In this document: positions 50,255 through 63,989 of the stretch, piece by piece
How positions within the stretch are numbered: position 1 is the stretch's first letter
Layout of the letters: each line of letters opens with the position of its first letter
Assembly: GCF_964194025.1 (NCBI RefSeq)
Contig: NC_134469.1
Span: 57,908,001-57,972,000 of the forward strand
Direction of reading: 5' to 3'
Source: Convolutriloba macropyga
Taxonomy: Eukaryota
Length of the DNA stretch: 64,000 bases
Translations under genes and position numbers: made by a program
The notes under the pieces: model-generated
The model's database searches: none
What the model saw: only the letters and a program-made list of their open reading frames with translations
What the model was told of the DNA's origin: nothing

Positions 50255-52588
50255 CATGGATATTTTTTATTATTACTTTAACTATTTTTATAAATTGCCT
50301 TAAGTTTGTCCTTTTCTTTGATGTGCAAGTAATTTACTTACTTTTGTTATCCATATTACTAGAATTGATATAACGAGCCCCATTGTGAATTAACTTATTT
50401 CAAGGCAATCTAATTTGCAACATCAGACAATTGTGGAAGAGGGGAAATAGCAGAGTAACAAAGTAACGCTTGCTTCACCAATTCAAAATTTTTGATTTAT
50501 TTTTTTAACGATCTTCTGGGGGACAGAGTCATCTCACTGTTGAGCCTAGCAGAAATTCAGAAGACAACAGAATAAAAAGCTTTTATTTCAAAGTTTCTGG
50601 ATATTTTTCAGGAGAAAGTAAAAGTATTGGCTGTAGTAGAATTGATAGATTTTCGATTTTTTTTTGCAAATGGAATCATCAGAAAACGAAATTGGGGTTA
50701 ATTATTTGTTTGCTTCATCAGAGAAGAATTTTAGATTCAATGAAATTCACAATGTAATTGTTTTCATCAAAACCGTTGCAAGCACTTGTTGTTATATATT
50801 ACAGTTTGCAGAAGTTACACTTTTCAAGGTTTTGTAAATATTGAAGCACAGATATATTTTTTTTGTTTTTTGACTTAGAAAGTTTTAAATAAACGCACTA
50901 GTATACGAAAAAAAAAACAAGTCAGCCTTGAATGAGGAAAAGCAGAGTTAATCGTTTCCAAATGTAAAAAAATGACCAGTTGCTCAGAGCGCGTTTTTAA
51001 AAGGCACTGCTTGGAGCTAACTCTTAAGAACAGGTGTCTAGACAAGCCCTCGATAAAAAATTAACAAGAGATTTTCAACAGGAAATTTTCATCAGGAAAA
51101 ATGGCATGCAATATTGGATCCATATATTGGTTCGTTGCTAAATACCTTTAACGTCATGAAAAATATTTTCTACTCAGTTGTAGTGCTCCATGCAGGTTTC
51201 AGTGCTATTTTTCCAAGATATGTTTTATTATTCTATTGATAGTGCTAGCAAACAACATTTTCGGGGAATTAAAGCTTTCTTTTACAAAAAAAACGATACT
51301 GTCAAAAAAGATTTCCAGTAGTAAAAAATCAGAATGACATTAAATAGATCTTTTAATATCTTACTAGAAAACAGACCGGTCTAATTATGCATCAAAATAA
51401 TCAATAACATGCCAATCAATGTAAGCCGCCGAGTCCATGACCTCTGTTAGCATCAAAATTTAACTCAAATGGAGTAACTGTTCAATGATGCGCAATTTTT
51501 ATTCGAAATTGAGTTCACTTCAAATTAAATTTGTTACGAGACGTCCAAGAACCATTTCAAGCAGAAAATAACAAGATAAAGGTTTCATCGGCAATTTAAA
51601 AGTTTGAAAAGAGAGAAAGGTAGAAGTTTGCGAAAAGAGGTAAAAGCGGCAGAGTTCTATTACCCCCTTTGATTTTAAAGAAAACCGAACTTAAGGTTGT
51701 TTTATTTTAGGAAAATAATAAAATTAATTTTATATATTTGAAGCATGTACTTTTAGCTAAATGGTTATTTTTTATTTCGCATATTTCGGATTCAAAAAGA
51801 AATGATTTTGAGGGTTTTGACAGCAGTGTTTGATAATACAGTGATGAAGCAAGTGGAATTGGCGACAGTTTTTTTACGACTCAGCGATAATTTGTGAATT
51901 TTCAGTTCTTCGAATGACGTGGTTAAACGTCTGTGGATACGTTATTAAACGTCAGCGAATTCGGCTGCGGATAAAACTGCCTCAAAAATTTAGGCAGGAA
52001 AAATCAAGGAAAAATATCCCCACGGAATCAAACACTCTCTTGACCGTTAAAGAGCTACGCCTTGAGTGCATTTTGACCTTGCCTCGTAGACCATGGCTAT
52101 CTGTGCCTTAGCGGACCATTTGACTTCATTTGAAACTTATCACAGCCGAACAAATTGTTAGGATCAAGATTCAATGTTAATAATGTGTTTTATTTCCGTG
52201 GAGGTTTATTTCGTTGGTTTTTTTCCTATTAGAAGCAAACTGGTTTTTTTTGGTGAGGTTTATTTCCTAGACGCAGCGTAATAATTTTATCTTGAAACTC
52301 GTTATCTTTCTAGTATATAATGGAATTTTGATGTGAAGGTGTAACAAGTTGATGATCTTTAGCAAGCTGTAAGTGTGTGTTTCTACACAATAACCCTTCA
52401 ACTTCTACCCTGATAAGCCCAAGCTAATCGTGACTACTACTAATGTCTCAATGATCAGTGTCTTATTGTTCACATACCTTATTTCTGCACATTCATCGAT
52501 GGGAGTTGGGTTGGTATTCACGTAATAACTTTCAGTACTGAAACTTTTCACTCTGAGGTTGTTTATACTCGTTTGTTTGTTTGTTTAG

Positions 52589-52671
52589 AACCTGGAGAAG
52601 AGTGACTTCAGCTTCCCTCTTGTTGTTGACAGCTTCAGAACAGTAGACGTGGCTGTCGCCCAAATCATGAA
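52589..52671 (+). CDS. iGluR coding exon 3 (ATD)
   Basis: Acceptor ttgtttag|AAC, phase 0. Frame reads NLEKSDFSFPLVVDSFRTVDVAVAQIM. Donor AA|gtcagt, phase 2. Bridges exons 2 and 4 in frame. Not in the ORF track. Confidence 0.8.
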
Positions 52672-53387
52672 GTCAGTCACACCTTTGCACTCTCAATTTT
52701 TCTATATTGGTGTCACTACTTACCTTTACATTTTCAATGATAAAGTCAACCAAAAATAATATAGGAAACGTGAAAACCAACATAATTGCAGTTTAGACCC
52801 AAATGGTTATTTTTAATTCAATAATATAATGTCCCTGGCTAATTCCCCTTTTACAAATCACTCATAATTGGTTGCGTTCTTGTCATCACTGCTCATAATC
52901 AGTTAGATTATAACGGTTTTTGCGTTATTGGTTTTGCGTTTTTACTCTTTCAGACATGCTCAACATGCTTTGTACAAACAATTAAAATCACCTAGGATGA
53001 ACTAATGAGTGGTTTTGTTCATTGTTTTTTTTTCTATGAGGAAAAGAATATATCTCTAACGTGTGGCTGAAAATGTTTGCAATGCGAGTTTGACTTATCC
53101 TTTCTGACATCTGAAGTTAGGGTTTTGTGGAGCCAAAGTTGATGAAAAATGATGTACAATCGATTTCTGATTTGTTTTTTTTTCAATAATGATGAGCTCG
53201 AAAATGTTGACTATGGAACTCAATAAAAATTTTCGAAAAAAACATTGCATTTCTGTACCTCAAAAACAATGGTGCCAATATTTGAGCAGTGAGCATAAAA
53301 ATTTCCATAGTTACGCAGATAAGGCAAGACGAGAGCTTGCTTTTATGAGATAACAAAATAGAGAAATATCAAGAAAATGGGACTTTA

Positions 53388-53509
53388 CCATTATAGCCCC
53401 CCATGAAAATTGTAGCCCCCATTATGATATATTTACCATGATTTGGGGGTGGGGGGATATATGTTATCTGACCACTCAGTTGAGAGGGGGGGGGGGGGGT
53501 CTATAATGG
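53388..53509. mobile_element. Small MITE-like inverted-repeat element
   Basis: ccattatagcccccc at the left end and ggggggtctataatgg at the right end. Confidence 0.45.
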
Positions 53510-54614
53510 GAGAGACTCAAGACTTGAATCTAAAATGTCAAATTGTTTTGCTTTGCTCTTTGACATTGCAAATGTTAAAAATTAATGTTATACATTGACT
53601 TAAACACATCACACAATCATGCATACAAAACTGAAAATTGATTATTTTGGGGAAATTTATAAAGAAATTGATTATTTTGGGGATGAGTATTAAAAACAGA
53701 TTTTCTAAAAGTCTAAATTTTTATATTTTGTAGAAATCATTTTTCATAAACTGCGATTGCCAAGGGTAGTGATTTGGTATATTAAATGAAGATAATAACA
53801 ACTGAGAAAAATTTGTAAATTATTTTCTGTTTTTGGTTGTAAATCGTCGACAAATAAAATGAGCTCAAATAATTTGATTATTAACAAACTTGTTAAATAC
53901 TTTAGCAGTATTTTAACTTTGTTGTTTTGTCCACATAGTAAAATTATGAGAAACAGAGGATAATGAAAAACTTCTGTCACAATTTCGTGGTATTTCAGGA
54001 TTGAAAATTAAGTTTTATCTAAGCTTGTCTTATTAGAAAATCATTTTTCCCTACAAAAGAGCATTTCTTTTTTTTAATAAGTAGTATCTAAAATATCTAT
54101 GTTCAAATAATGCTATCGGTTCTCTAATAACACACTTTTTCTTGTTTATCTTGAAAAAAGACACGTGAGAACGGATCTAGTAGAAATCAAAAGTGTTCTC
54201 ATTTTCTGTTTCATTGAGACTGTAAGCACTTCTGTTGGCAGTAAATAAACAAGACTTTGTGTGTTTGGAAATGGGAAAAGAAAAAATTATTATAATTTAT
54301 TTTTTAAAAAATTAACTTGTAATAACTTTGCGGGAAAACTTGAGAAGCTTTTTTGTTATTTTGGATTTTGTTCACTACTCTGTCATTTGACTACTAAAGG
54401 TTTGAGACCCAACTAGGAAAAAAATTAATGACTAAAAAATCACCAGAAGCGCTTCCTTTTTTTTGCTTCATGACCCTTATGAAACGCCGTAAAGTTATCA
54501 TTTAAAACTGATTATGTTCTACCAAAGGAAAAGGAAACCAATCCCATCTAGAATGCATTACACTTTTTTCACTCAAATATTTAATAGCCTGATATGGATA
54601 TCAATAATTTGCAG

Positions 54615-54897
54615 GATTGAAAAGTGGACAAGTTTTGTGATAATCCACGACGAGTCCATCTCCAACAACAGAGTGTCTGCATTCATTGGGAGTGTGGAGA
54701 AACAGACCAAGGACCTCAAACACACAGTCATTGAGATACACCAGTCCAAACTGGCCAATAAGAGTGCAGAGGGGTGGAGTGAATTGTTCAACGAGAGGAT
54801 CCGATACATATTTGAGGAGGATGCCAAGGATTACTTCAATTTCATCATTCTTGCAGAATTGGAGACTACTGAACATGTTATCAAGAATGCTGAGCAG
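54615..54897 (+). CDS. iGluR coding exon 4 (ATD lower lobe)
   Basis: Acceptor atttgcag|G completes the AA|G Lys codon. Frame reads IEKWTSFVIIHDESISNNRV...FNFIILAELETTEHVIKNAEQ, with the ATD WxxFxxxxD motif. Donor CAG|gttcat is weaker, phase 0. Confidence 0.85.
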
Positions 54898-54964
54898 GTT
54901 CATTCTAACATATAAATGATAGTGACAAAATCTCGACTCTCGTTTTTGCGTTTTCTCAGAAGTT

Positions 54965-55873
54965 CTCTTTTGTTCCGACCTACTTTAGTGGGGGGGGGGG
55001 GGGGGGGGGGGGGGAGGGAGGGGGAGGAACCATATACTCAAATGGGTTTTTTTTGTTCTCTCAATTTTCGCCGATCGGTAAATTCATCGTAGACAGTTGT
55101 GTGTGGTATCATTGAAAACCCGTCCAGCGTAGAATATGGAATATAAAGGATTTTTCTTAAATTTATTTTTAGAGCGAATAATCGTGGTTTAAATTTTTGT
55201 GAATATTAGACCGATTTGCGTTATTTTTATTCACATTTTCTAAATTTTTTGCCGAAATTTCGTCAATTTTGCTAAAATATGTAAAAATTTTAAATCATAG
55301 CACTGTCCATTTTGTTTATAAAGACAAAAAGTTATTGTTGACTAATTTATTTATTTTTTTGGCCAAACTTTTGGCTAAAAATTTCAAAATTCAGCCCTTT
55401 TCATCAAAAATTGCCCCAAAATAAGCCTTTTTTTAGTCCAATCTGATTAACTATCTGATCTGAGGTTTAAAATTTGTTGAATAATTGACCGATTCCCCTT
55501 GTGACTAAAGTCTGCACGGTAGACATATAAAATTAAGTTTTTAAACGCACATTTTTGGCTTAGATCGTACTTCGAACGAAGTTTCTAGTGCACAGTAGTC
55601 TCTCAGACATTGGTTTGCTCAGGATGGTCTGATCAGAGCATATTTGACTCAGACAGTTCGATCAGAAGTGACATCGGTCTAGAAAATCAACCTGGGTAGC
55701 AATTATTCCTTCAATTGCACTCCAGGCCGACAAGCTGAAGTAAACGTTGCAACTTTTCGCTCATCAAAACAAAGCTTTTATTCAGAAAAAATTTTTAGTG
55801 CCACAACATATGACTCCTCATCCTTTTGATGTGAAACTTTGCTAACAAAATCAATGTAATCATACACACGCAC

Positions 55874-55904
<31 letters not shown>

Positions 55905-57029
55905 AACACACACAAGCAAACAAACAAACACACACACACACACACACTATTGTCCCGACCAGATTTTAAGGTGAAGAACTCTGAACATAAAAGATAGTTT
56001 CTGTTCAGTCAATCTTGGTGAACTGATATATTTCTCGTTAAAAGCTGGTGGTATCATTAAAAAGCCTAAAATTGCTGAGTTTTTGCCTCAGTTTTTCTTT
56101 CAAAAGAGTTACTAACGGACATCAGGTTTATCTTAAGTTATGTCCGATTTTGAAAACGTTTTTTGTTCTGACCCCACTTTTAGTGGGGGGAGGTACTATA
56201 TACTTAACTGGTTTTTTTTGTTCAGAAAATTTTGACCGATCGATATTTTCATCGTAGAGAGTTGTGTGTGGTATCATTAAAAAGCCTGCTGTGCAGCGTA
56301 GAATATGGAATTAAAAAGATTTTTTTGAATTTCTATTAGAGCGAGTTATCGTGCATTAAATTTTATTGAATATTAGACCAATTTGCGTTATTTTTAATCA
56401 CATTTTCTGAATTTTTTGCCGAAATTTCGTCAATTTTGCTAAAATATGTAAAAATTTTAAATCATAGCACTGTCCATTTTGTTTATAAAGACAAAAGGTT
56501 ATTGTTGACTAATTTATTTATTTTTTTGGCCAAACTTTTGGCTAAAAATTTCAAAATTCAGCCCTTTTCATCAAAAATTGCCCAAAATAAGCTTTTTTTA
56601 GTCCAATCTGATTAACTATCTGATCTGAGGTTTAAAATTTGTTGAATAAATGACCGATTTCCCTTGTGACTAAAGTCTGCACGGTAGACATATAAAATTA
56701 GGTTTTAAACGCACATTTTTGGCTTAGATCGTACTTCGAACGAAGTTTCTAGTGCACAATAGTCTCTCAGACATTGGTTTGCTCAGGATGGTCTGATCAG
56801 AGCATATTTGACTCAGACAGTCCGATCAGAAGTGACATCGGTCTAGAAAATCAACCTGGGTAGCAAATATTCCTTCAATTGCACTCCAGGCCGACAAGCT
56901 GAAGTAAACGTTGCAACTTTTCGCTCATCAAAACAGAGCTTTTATTCAGAAAAAAATTTTTGTGCCACAACATATGACTCCTCATCCTTTCGATGTGAAA
57001 CTTTGCTAACAAAATCAATGTAATCATAC

Positions 57030-57088
<59 letters not shown>

Positions 57089-57835
57089 AACACACACAAA
57101 CAAACAAACAAGCACACACACACACACTATTGTCCCGACCAGATTTTAAGGTGAAGAACTCTGAACATAAAAGATAGTTTCTGTTCAGTCAATCTTGGTG
57201 AACTGATATATTTCTCGTTAAAAGCTGGTGGTATCATTAAACAGCCTAAAATTGCTGAGTTTTTACCTCAGTTTTTCTTTCAAAAGAGTTACTAACGGAC
57301 ATCAGGTTTATCTTAAGTTATGTCCGATTTTAAAAACGTTTTTTGTTCTGACCCCACTTTTAGTTGGGGGAGGTACTATATACTTAACTGGTTTTTTTTG
57401 TTCAGAAAATTTTGACCGATCGATATTTTCATCGTAGACAGTTGAGTGTGGTATCATTAAAAAGCCTGCTGTGCAGCGTAGAATATGGAATTAAAAAGAT
57501 TTTTTTGAATTTCTATTAGAGCGAGTTATCGTGCATTAAATTTTTTTGAATATTAGACCAATTTGCGTTATTTTTAATCACATTTTCTGAATTCTTAGCC
57601 AAGTTTTCGTCATTTTTGCTAAAATACGTAAAAATTTTTAATCATATCACTGTCCAAAGACAAAAAGGTATTGTTGATTATGTTATTTATTTTTTCGGCC
57701 AAACTTTTGGCTAAAAATTTCAAAATTCGGCCCAATTTATCAAAAACTGCCCGAAATAAGCTTTTTTAAGTCCAATCTGATTAACTGTCTGATGTGAGAT
57801 TTAAAATTTGATGAATAATAGACCGATTTCCCTTC
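54965..57835. repeat. ~1180-bp tandem repeat (~2.4 copies) carrying a (CA)n microsatellite; resembles non-autonomous Helitron/Helentron elements
   Basis: Anchors accccacttttagt at 56171 and 57351, with a diverged copy at ~54978. CA tracts at ~55864-55946 and 57027-57126. Hairpin acttcg-aa-cgaagt followed by ttCTAGt at ~55570 and 56733. Confidence 0.85.
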
Positions 57836-58499
57836 TTTTTTTTCACATTTTTAGAAATTTTGCTCATTTTTTCGTTAATTTTGCTAAGTTGTTAATTTTG
57901 TTAAAATTAGTGCTATTGATTTTGCCTGAAGACCCAGAGGAGGGTTACTGATTATTTTTTTTGTCTATTTTGGCTTAAAAAATGATGACTTTTAAAATAA
58001 ACTTTAGACTTTTTTTTTCAAAAAAGGCACCAATTGTTTCTTTGGCCCATTTTTTAAAATTTGCTGGAGATACCCACCTCAAACTGCTAACAGACGCTCG
58101 AACCAACTCAAAAAAAGAACAATTCCACTTCCTTTTCTTTTAAGAGTGCTCTGGAATAAAAATGTTGCTCTTTTTTTGCCGGCTTTTAACAATCATTATG
58201 CTAGCTAAATGAATCTTCCATTTTTGATATATAGACATTTTTTTGCCAAGTTATCTGTTTCCTTTGAAAATGGATTAAAAAATTGCTGCTATTGAATGTG
58301 CTTCATTTTCAAAGTTCGTTTTAGTTTTTTCATTGTTTTCGACAAAAAATATGATTTCCCTGAAACAATTTCTTCCGTAAAGACTTTTTTAACAGTTTAG
58401 TTTTCTTTCTATGATTATTCTTTATTACACAGCCTAAAAAGTTCCGATCAAAATTCAGTTACTACCCACTCCCGGTTTTGTCAGAAAAAGGCGCTATAA

Positions 58500-61104
58500 T
58501 TATATTAGGTTTTCAGCGAGTTTCTTGGTTTCTATGCCTTCAACAAAACGTTACCTATTCAAAATTTGCCCGCAATTGTCGTCCTTTTTGCAGTCTCACA
58601 AAAATGCCACTGGTTCCCCTAAATTATGTACTTGAACCTATCTTATGCTTTCAGTTGACATCTAATGGCTCTTTTGTATTTATTTTAATAGATTATTTTA
58701 AGAAAATCTGTTTTTCTTTATATTTTGAAAATTGTTTCCAAAATCTATCAACCTGTTCTTTAGTCTCCGTAAACAGAAAATGCAACTGTTTTCTTTTGAG
58801 TGAAAACTAATCCTTCTTAACGTTAATTTTTTAATTTTGGTTTGATTGCTTCGTTACAACGAGTACTAAATTAATTTTTTTTGACTTTGGCACATTTGCC
58901 CATTTCAAAATCTGTTTTTGTTGCCTTGTTTTCTGTCTCTTTAATAATAGGTCAAATAGTTTTGAGATGAGAACATAAGTGTATATATAGAAGGTTTTTA
59001 ATTAATAGCGTATAATTTTAAGCGCTTCAAAAACCTGTTCTTGCCAAAAATAATCGATTTTTTGTTTTAATTGTATTTCTCTTTCTTTTCTGATGTGCTA
59101 TCACTCACTCTGGATAATAGTTTCAGAAGCTTTCTCTGGTGACATAAACAATCGTAATTTATGATTTCAATCGATTGCTAATGATATTAACGACTTTGAA
59201 TTTTTTATTTTGATCGATTTTTTGAGCACTACACTTTCTTTTTTTCTTTTTGTACATGCATCTGAATTTTTGTACAGACATCTGCCGTCCATTTTTGGTG
59301 AAGCAGAAGAAAGCTGTTTTATTGCTTTTTGGTTGCAGCTGATGGTTTTAGGGCTATGATGCTATGTGGTTTCAGAGTTTCTTTAAAATAACTTTTGAAA
59401 CTGGTCTTCGATTGTTGTCATTTTTTGTGGTTTTTTCTCATAGTCCCTTTGAAATGAGGGCTCATTGATGTTTCAAAAAACTCAAATAAACAGTCACAGT
59501 CTTTTCCATTGATAGTTTTTGGTTTTTAAGGATTGAACAAGATTTTGTTTTGTAATATTGTTTGAGGACTTTTGAGCTCTGTCTGTACTTGTTGTTGATC
59601 TGTTTTCTGAAGACTAATTCTCGTATAATTTGAACTAAAATTGATGTCCCATGAAGTTAAAAGTTTTTTGCTTACTATAGCTAAAACTAGTTGATTAAAA
59701 TTTCTGATTATCTGCTTTAAAAAATCATAAAATTTTTAATTTTCGGCGATTTTTTAATCTCATATCTGAATATGTGCTACATATTCATTAATCTATACGC
59801 AGTCTATATCGTCTTTCTAGAGAAAATGTTTTACCTGTCTCCCTTTTTTCGTTTATAAGTGGTTTTGTGGCTCTATTGTTTTGATTTCATGTAAATTTTT
59901 GTTGAATCATTTTAAAATATTTGACCAAAATTGTGTTTTCTAATTTTTGTTTTCGTGTCATACTACAACATTATTGACGGTTTCTATTAACTTCCACTAG
60001 ACAAATGATGAGAGCAATTAATCAATTATAACAGTTACAAAGAATAAGTTATGGTTTTAACGATTTCGTCATAATTTTCTCGCGAAACTTAACCGGATAT
60101 TTGATTTTTTTGTAGGTCTTATGACAGATTCTATAAAATGAGCAATTTCAATGGCTCCTTGTTTTGAGTTACAAAAAAGTTTGTCAAATTTTGGCTTTTC
60201 AAAACCAATAGTTTTTTTACTGCGAAATTGTTTTTAAAAAGACGTATCTTCAGTTTCTCTCTTTTGCTCCCTTTCTGTGTACTTGTTACCTATTCTCAGT
60301 AAGGACAGGTCCCACATGTGTTCGGGCCACACACTTACAATTTTTTTTTTGCTGATGCCAATTAACTGTTAATTTGTGTTTGAATTCATACTAATTAGAC
60401 TTTTATCTTGTATTGTCTTTTGCCATTTTGACTTTTTTATTACGAGTTTGTAAAAAAGATACTAATTTTTGAATTTTTGTTCGTAGTCAACAGTTCTTTT
60501 TGATAATTAGTATTGTTGCTTATCTTGTCTCCTAATATTGTCAATGGCAAGTATCATTGGTTCTCCAAGGTCTTTTTTATTCAATTCAGTTTCTTGGTAG
60601 CGGTGGCTCACAACGGCTCCAATGGAGTTACATAAAACTCTACCTAGTATTTGTAGTTGACAGCTGATTTTTCCTCCGCTTGACTTTTCTTCCTCTTGTT
60701 CTTGTTCTTCTTGACTTCTTAGAAAGTCGGAGAAAAGTCACATCTGCTTTAAGCTGCTCTGAGTACAAGTTGATTTTTGTAGTTGATGTCTTAACTGATG
60801 TAGTTTTTTTTTGATTTCTTATAGAAAAGAAACAGATTTTGAGTTAATTGATTACTGATGTTTTGTTCTTTTTGTTGCCTGTCTTGTCCGGTTGTTTTTT
60901 GTTATCAGGTTTTGTCGGCTCTCCAGTACGGCAGTGATTATTTCATTCATCGGTTTTGCACTTAAGACAAATTACTGATGAACCAATTACTTTCGAAGAA
61001 TATGTGTATTTTTCAAAGTTTTCGGTCTTCTCATTTAGTTGACAATAAAGTCAAAAGTATGAGCGTGGTCGGAAAATTATGTGCAAGCGCACATTATCAG
61101 GCCT
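58500..61104 (-). mobile_element. Highly decayed LINE 5' portion with a conserved hairpin head
   Basis: Head at 61061-61104 (minus), followed by actaaATG, an A-rich ORF1-like stretch and a Cys/His-like remnant (~60305-60340). The left boundary is uncertain. Confidence 0.35.
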
Positions 61105-62794
61105 TTTTGTTGGCTAGTAGTGAAAAATTAATCAATTTCTAAGGCTACTGGGCAAACTATTGCATACAACCCTAATCTGAAAACAAGTGAATAAATTTAT
61201 ATACATACATAAAATCGAAACTGCTGCTCATAATGGTTATGTTTGACGAAGAAATACATCTATGGTAAAGAGCCCGTCAAAAGTAGAGCAATTTAATTTG
61301 AGAAACTTTGTCTTTTTTGAGAACTTTTGCAGTTTTAATTTTTCTGAGGACAGCTTTTCGTTACTTTAGTTCCTTATGTCACTATTTTGTTCTACTTTGC
61401 TAAAATTGGCCACAACTGTTCACCATAAAGTTGTTAGTTTTAAACAATTAAAAGATTGCTGTCTTGTTTGAGGTTTCCAATTATTTAGTCTTTTCTCATC
61501 AGTCAATCATTTGAGTTTTTTGAAGTTCAATAAGTTCAACCTTTCCCATAGCACATTATAGGGGACACGAAATTTACTTCAGCAAATTGTTATTTTCAAT
61601 TTTTCTTCAATATTCACATTCTCGTGCAGCATCCACTTTAATTGCTATTGTTTCAATTTCACTTTCTTTCGATTTCTCAATTGTTCGATCTTTCTTTTTT
61701 GTATATTTGTATTTCAAGTTAATTGAGATATTGGAGCTTCAAACATATGAGCAGTATCATGAGCGTACCTGACCGCCTACCTCAGTTGTTTTTATCTTCC
61801 CCTGCATATCAAGTTCAATTTGATTCTAGTTTCTTCTGCAATAAAGTGAAACGTAATTATGCCTACCATGCACTCTTAAAACCTTGCTTCCCTTAAAGTT
61901 ATAGTATTGTTTTAAGTTGGGTTATATAAAAGAAATACAAATTCACGAACTTGGGTTTTCAATCTTTCAGTTGAAATAGTAAATCTATCTTACAGAAATG
62001 CATTATTTATGGTTTTAGCAAAACTTGAAAAATTTTGATGAGTTTTGTGGAAATTTGCTTAAAATGATTTCTTGAAGTTTTGTTCTTAAAGTTGTAGGGT
62101 GAATTGGTTTTGTTTAAACAGCCTATCAGTGTTCACTTATCAGTCGTTGAATAAAATTTTTCTTTGGTTTCATAGTTTCTTCGATGACAGGGTCGGAGCA
62201 CTATGTGCACTTGCACATTATCGAACTTTCTGATTTTAGTTTTAGTAGCAAAATTGTTTCTGAAATTTTGTAATTTTTTTGCGGTCAAACAACTTTGAAA
62301 CAGATCATGCACATGCCTAACCAAAGTAGTAGATATCCAATTTTTTTGTTTTGTGTAAGGGGATAGACTCTATCCCCTTCACAAAACAAAACAATTGGAT
62401 ATAGATTTCGGAAAGAACACATCATAAATCTATACAAAATGTTCAAAGCACTAAAGACCAGAAGCACTGAAGTCTTTCAATCTTTATAAATTTTGAAGAA
62501 AATGACAAGAATTTCACAAACCTCCGTATTAAGTTGCAAATGATACAATTCGAAATTGTGAGACTTTTAGGGTTTTTCGTGGCCGACACTGAAAACACTC
62601 GTCACTGACATTAATTTTCTTTACGCAACTGTTGTCCACGATCAAAAAGTAAATCGATATATTAACCGTGGGCGAGTGACAATAATGAATAGCGAATACT
62701 TGACACCCATGATGTTGCTTATTTTTCTTGTGGGCCGGGATATTGATAGTTACTCAGTCAAAAACTGTCATCATAACGCACAGCTAGTTATGCC

Positions 62795-63058
62795 AGGGAC
62801 TCTTCTAAAACTACTCAGCAGTTAGGTTTTTCACTTAAGTCTAATTGAGACCTTGTTAACTATCATAGAAATTAGATGGTATAATAGGTGATAACAGTGT
62901 TGACAACAGTGATATCAAAGTCATAGACTTTATTGTTCCTGTGGGCCAAGATTTTGATTGTTGCTGAGCCACAAACTGCGTCTTCTTTATGCGTAGATAG
63001 CATTGCTAGGGACTCTTCTGAAACTACTCACCAGTTAGGTTTTTTCACTCAAGTCTAT
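62795..63058. repeat. ~50-bp direct repeat pair
   Basis: agggactcttct(a/g)aaactactca(g/c)cagttaggttttt...aagtcta at ~62795 and ~63008. Confidence 0.7.
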
Positions 63059-63989
63059 GTTTCACTCAAGTTGACGCATTGTGAATTATCATTGACTTTA
63101 GATGCTGAGTTTGGTTACAAAAATTTTGGTGTGGGCTACAGTGAAGGCAAGCATGGACAATAGGGCCAAGATCTTGGCACTGTCGTCCATGTTTGCTCAA
63201 AAACCCGGGGCATTGTGGACAAGTTCGACAAAAATGTCAAGCTGTTGTCCACTCACACGCTTGCATGATAGTGAATAACACTGATTTTTCGATTTAATTG
63301 TCTCGATAAGATTTACCATTTGCAACATAACGCGGCAATGTAAAAAATGAAAGGTCCGATTTTTTGAATTAATATTATTTGAAATTTTGAAATGGATTTT
63401 TTTTATTTACAACAAATTGAGAGCGTATTTGCTGATTTGATTAATATATTGTAGAAAACTGTCTTAAAAACTAGCATTCAGTAGCAGTTATATTTCAATT
63501 GGCTTGCTCGTGTTTGCTCATTCATTAATCTAAGTTACTGAGGATCAGTCGAATAAAACAAAAGATGAGTTAGCGATAACAAAAAGAGTGTTGTTTTTAT
63601 TTCATTTTAATTCCATTTCGACACCTAAGCGCTATTTTTGATAAACATCGTTTTTGTTTAACTGGAGGTAAAAAGGTAAAGTGGTCAATAGATTTTTGAG
63701 TTGACCAGCAAAATGTAATTACCATACAGCAAACCTGTATGATTTTTAATGTTGATAGCGCATATTTTTACAGAAAGCAAATGTTCTTTCATTATGATGA
63801 AGGACAAATAAATGTGTTTTACAACTTTTGGGGCTATAGCTTACATAACCACTAAGCTATGGGGGGGGGGGGTGAAATAAGAAAGACACAATTTTTTTCA
63901 CAATTTTTCTTGTCATAATTTCGGACGAAGCTTTGGAATGAGGCGCATTTAAGTTAACTAAATTAATCATTTTACTTGTTTATTTTCAG

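Noticed and set aside
54514-54915. 133-aa ORF as a standalone gene
   Set aside because: Only 54615-54897 is exon, bounded by splice sites; the flanks are intron read-through. The same applies to ORF 41237-41455.
56875-57127. Cys/Val-rich ORFs
   Set aside because: Translation of a (TG)n microsatellite.
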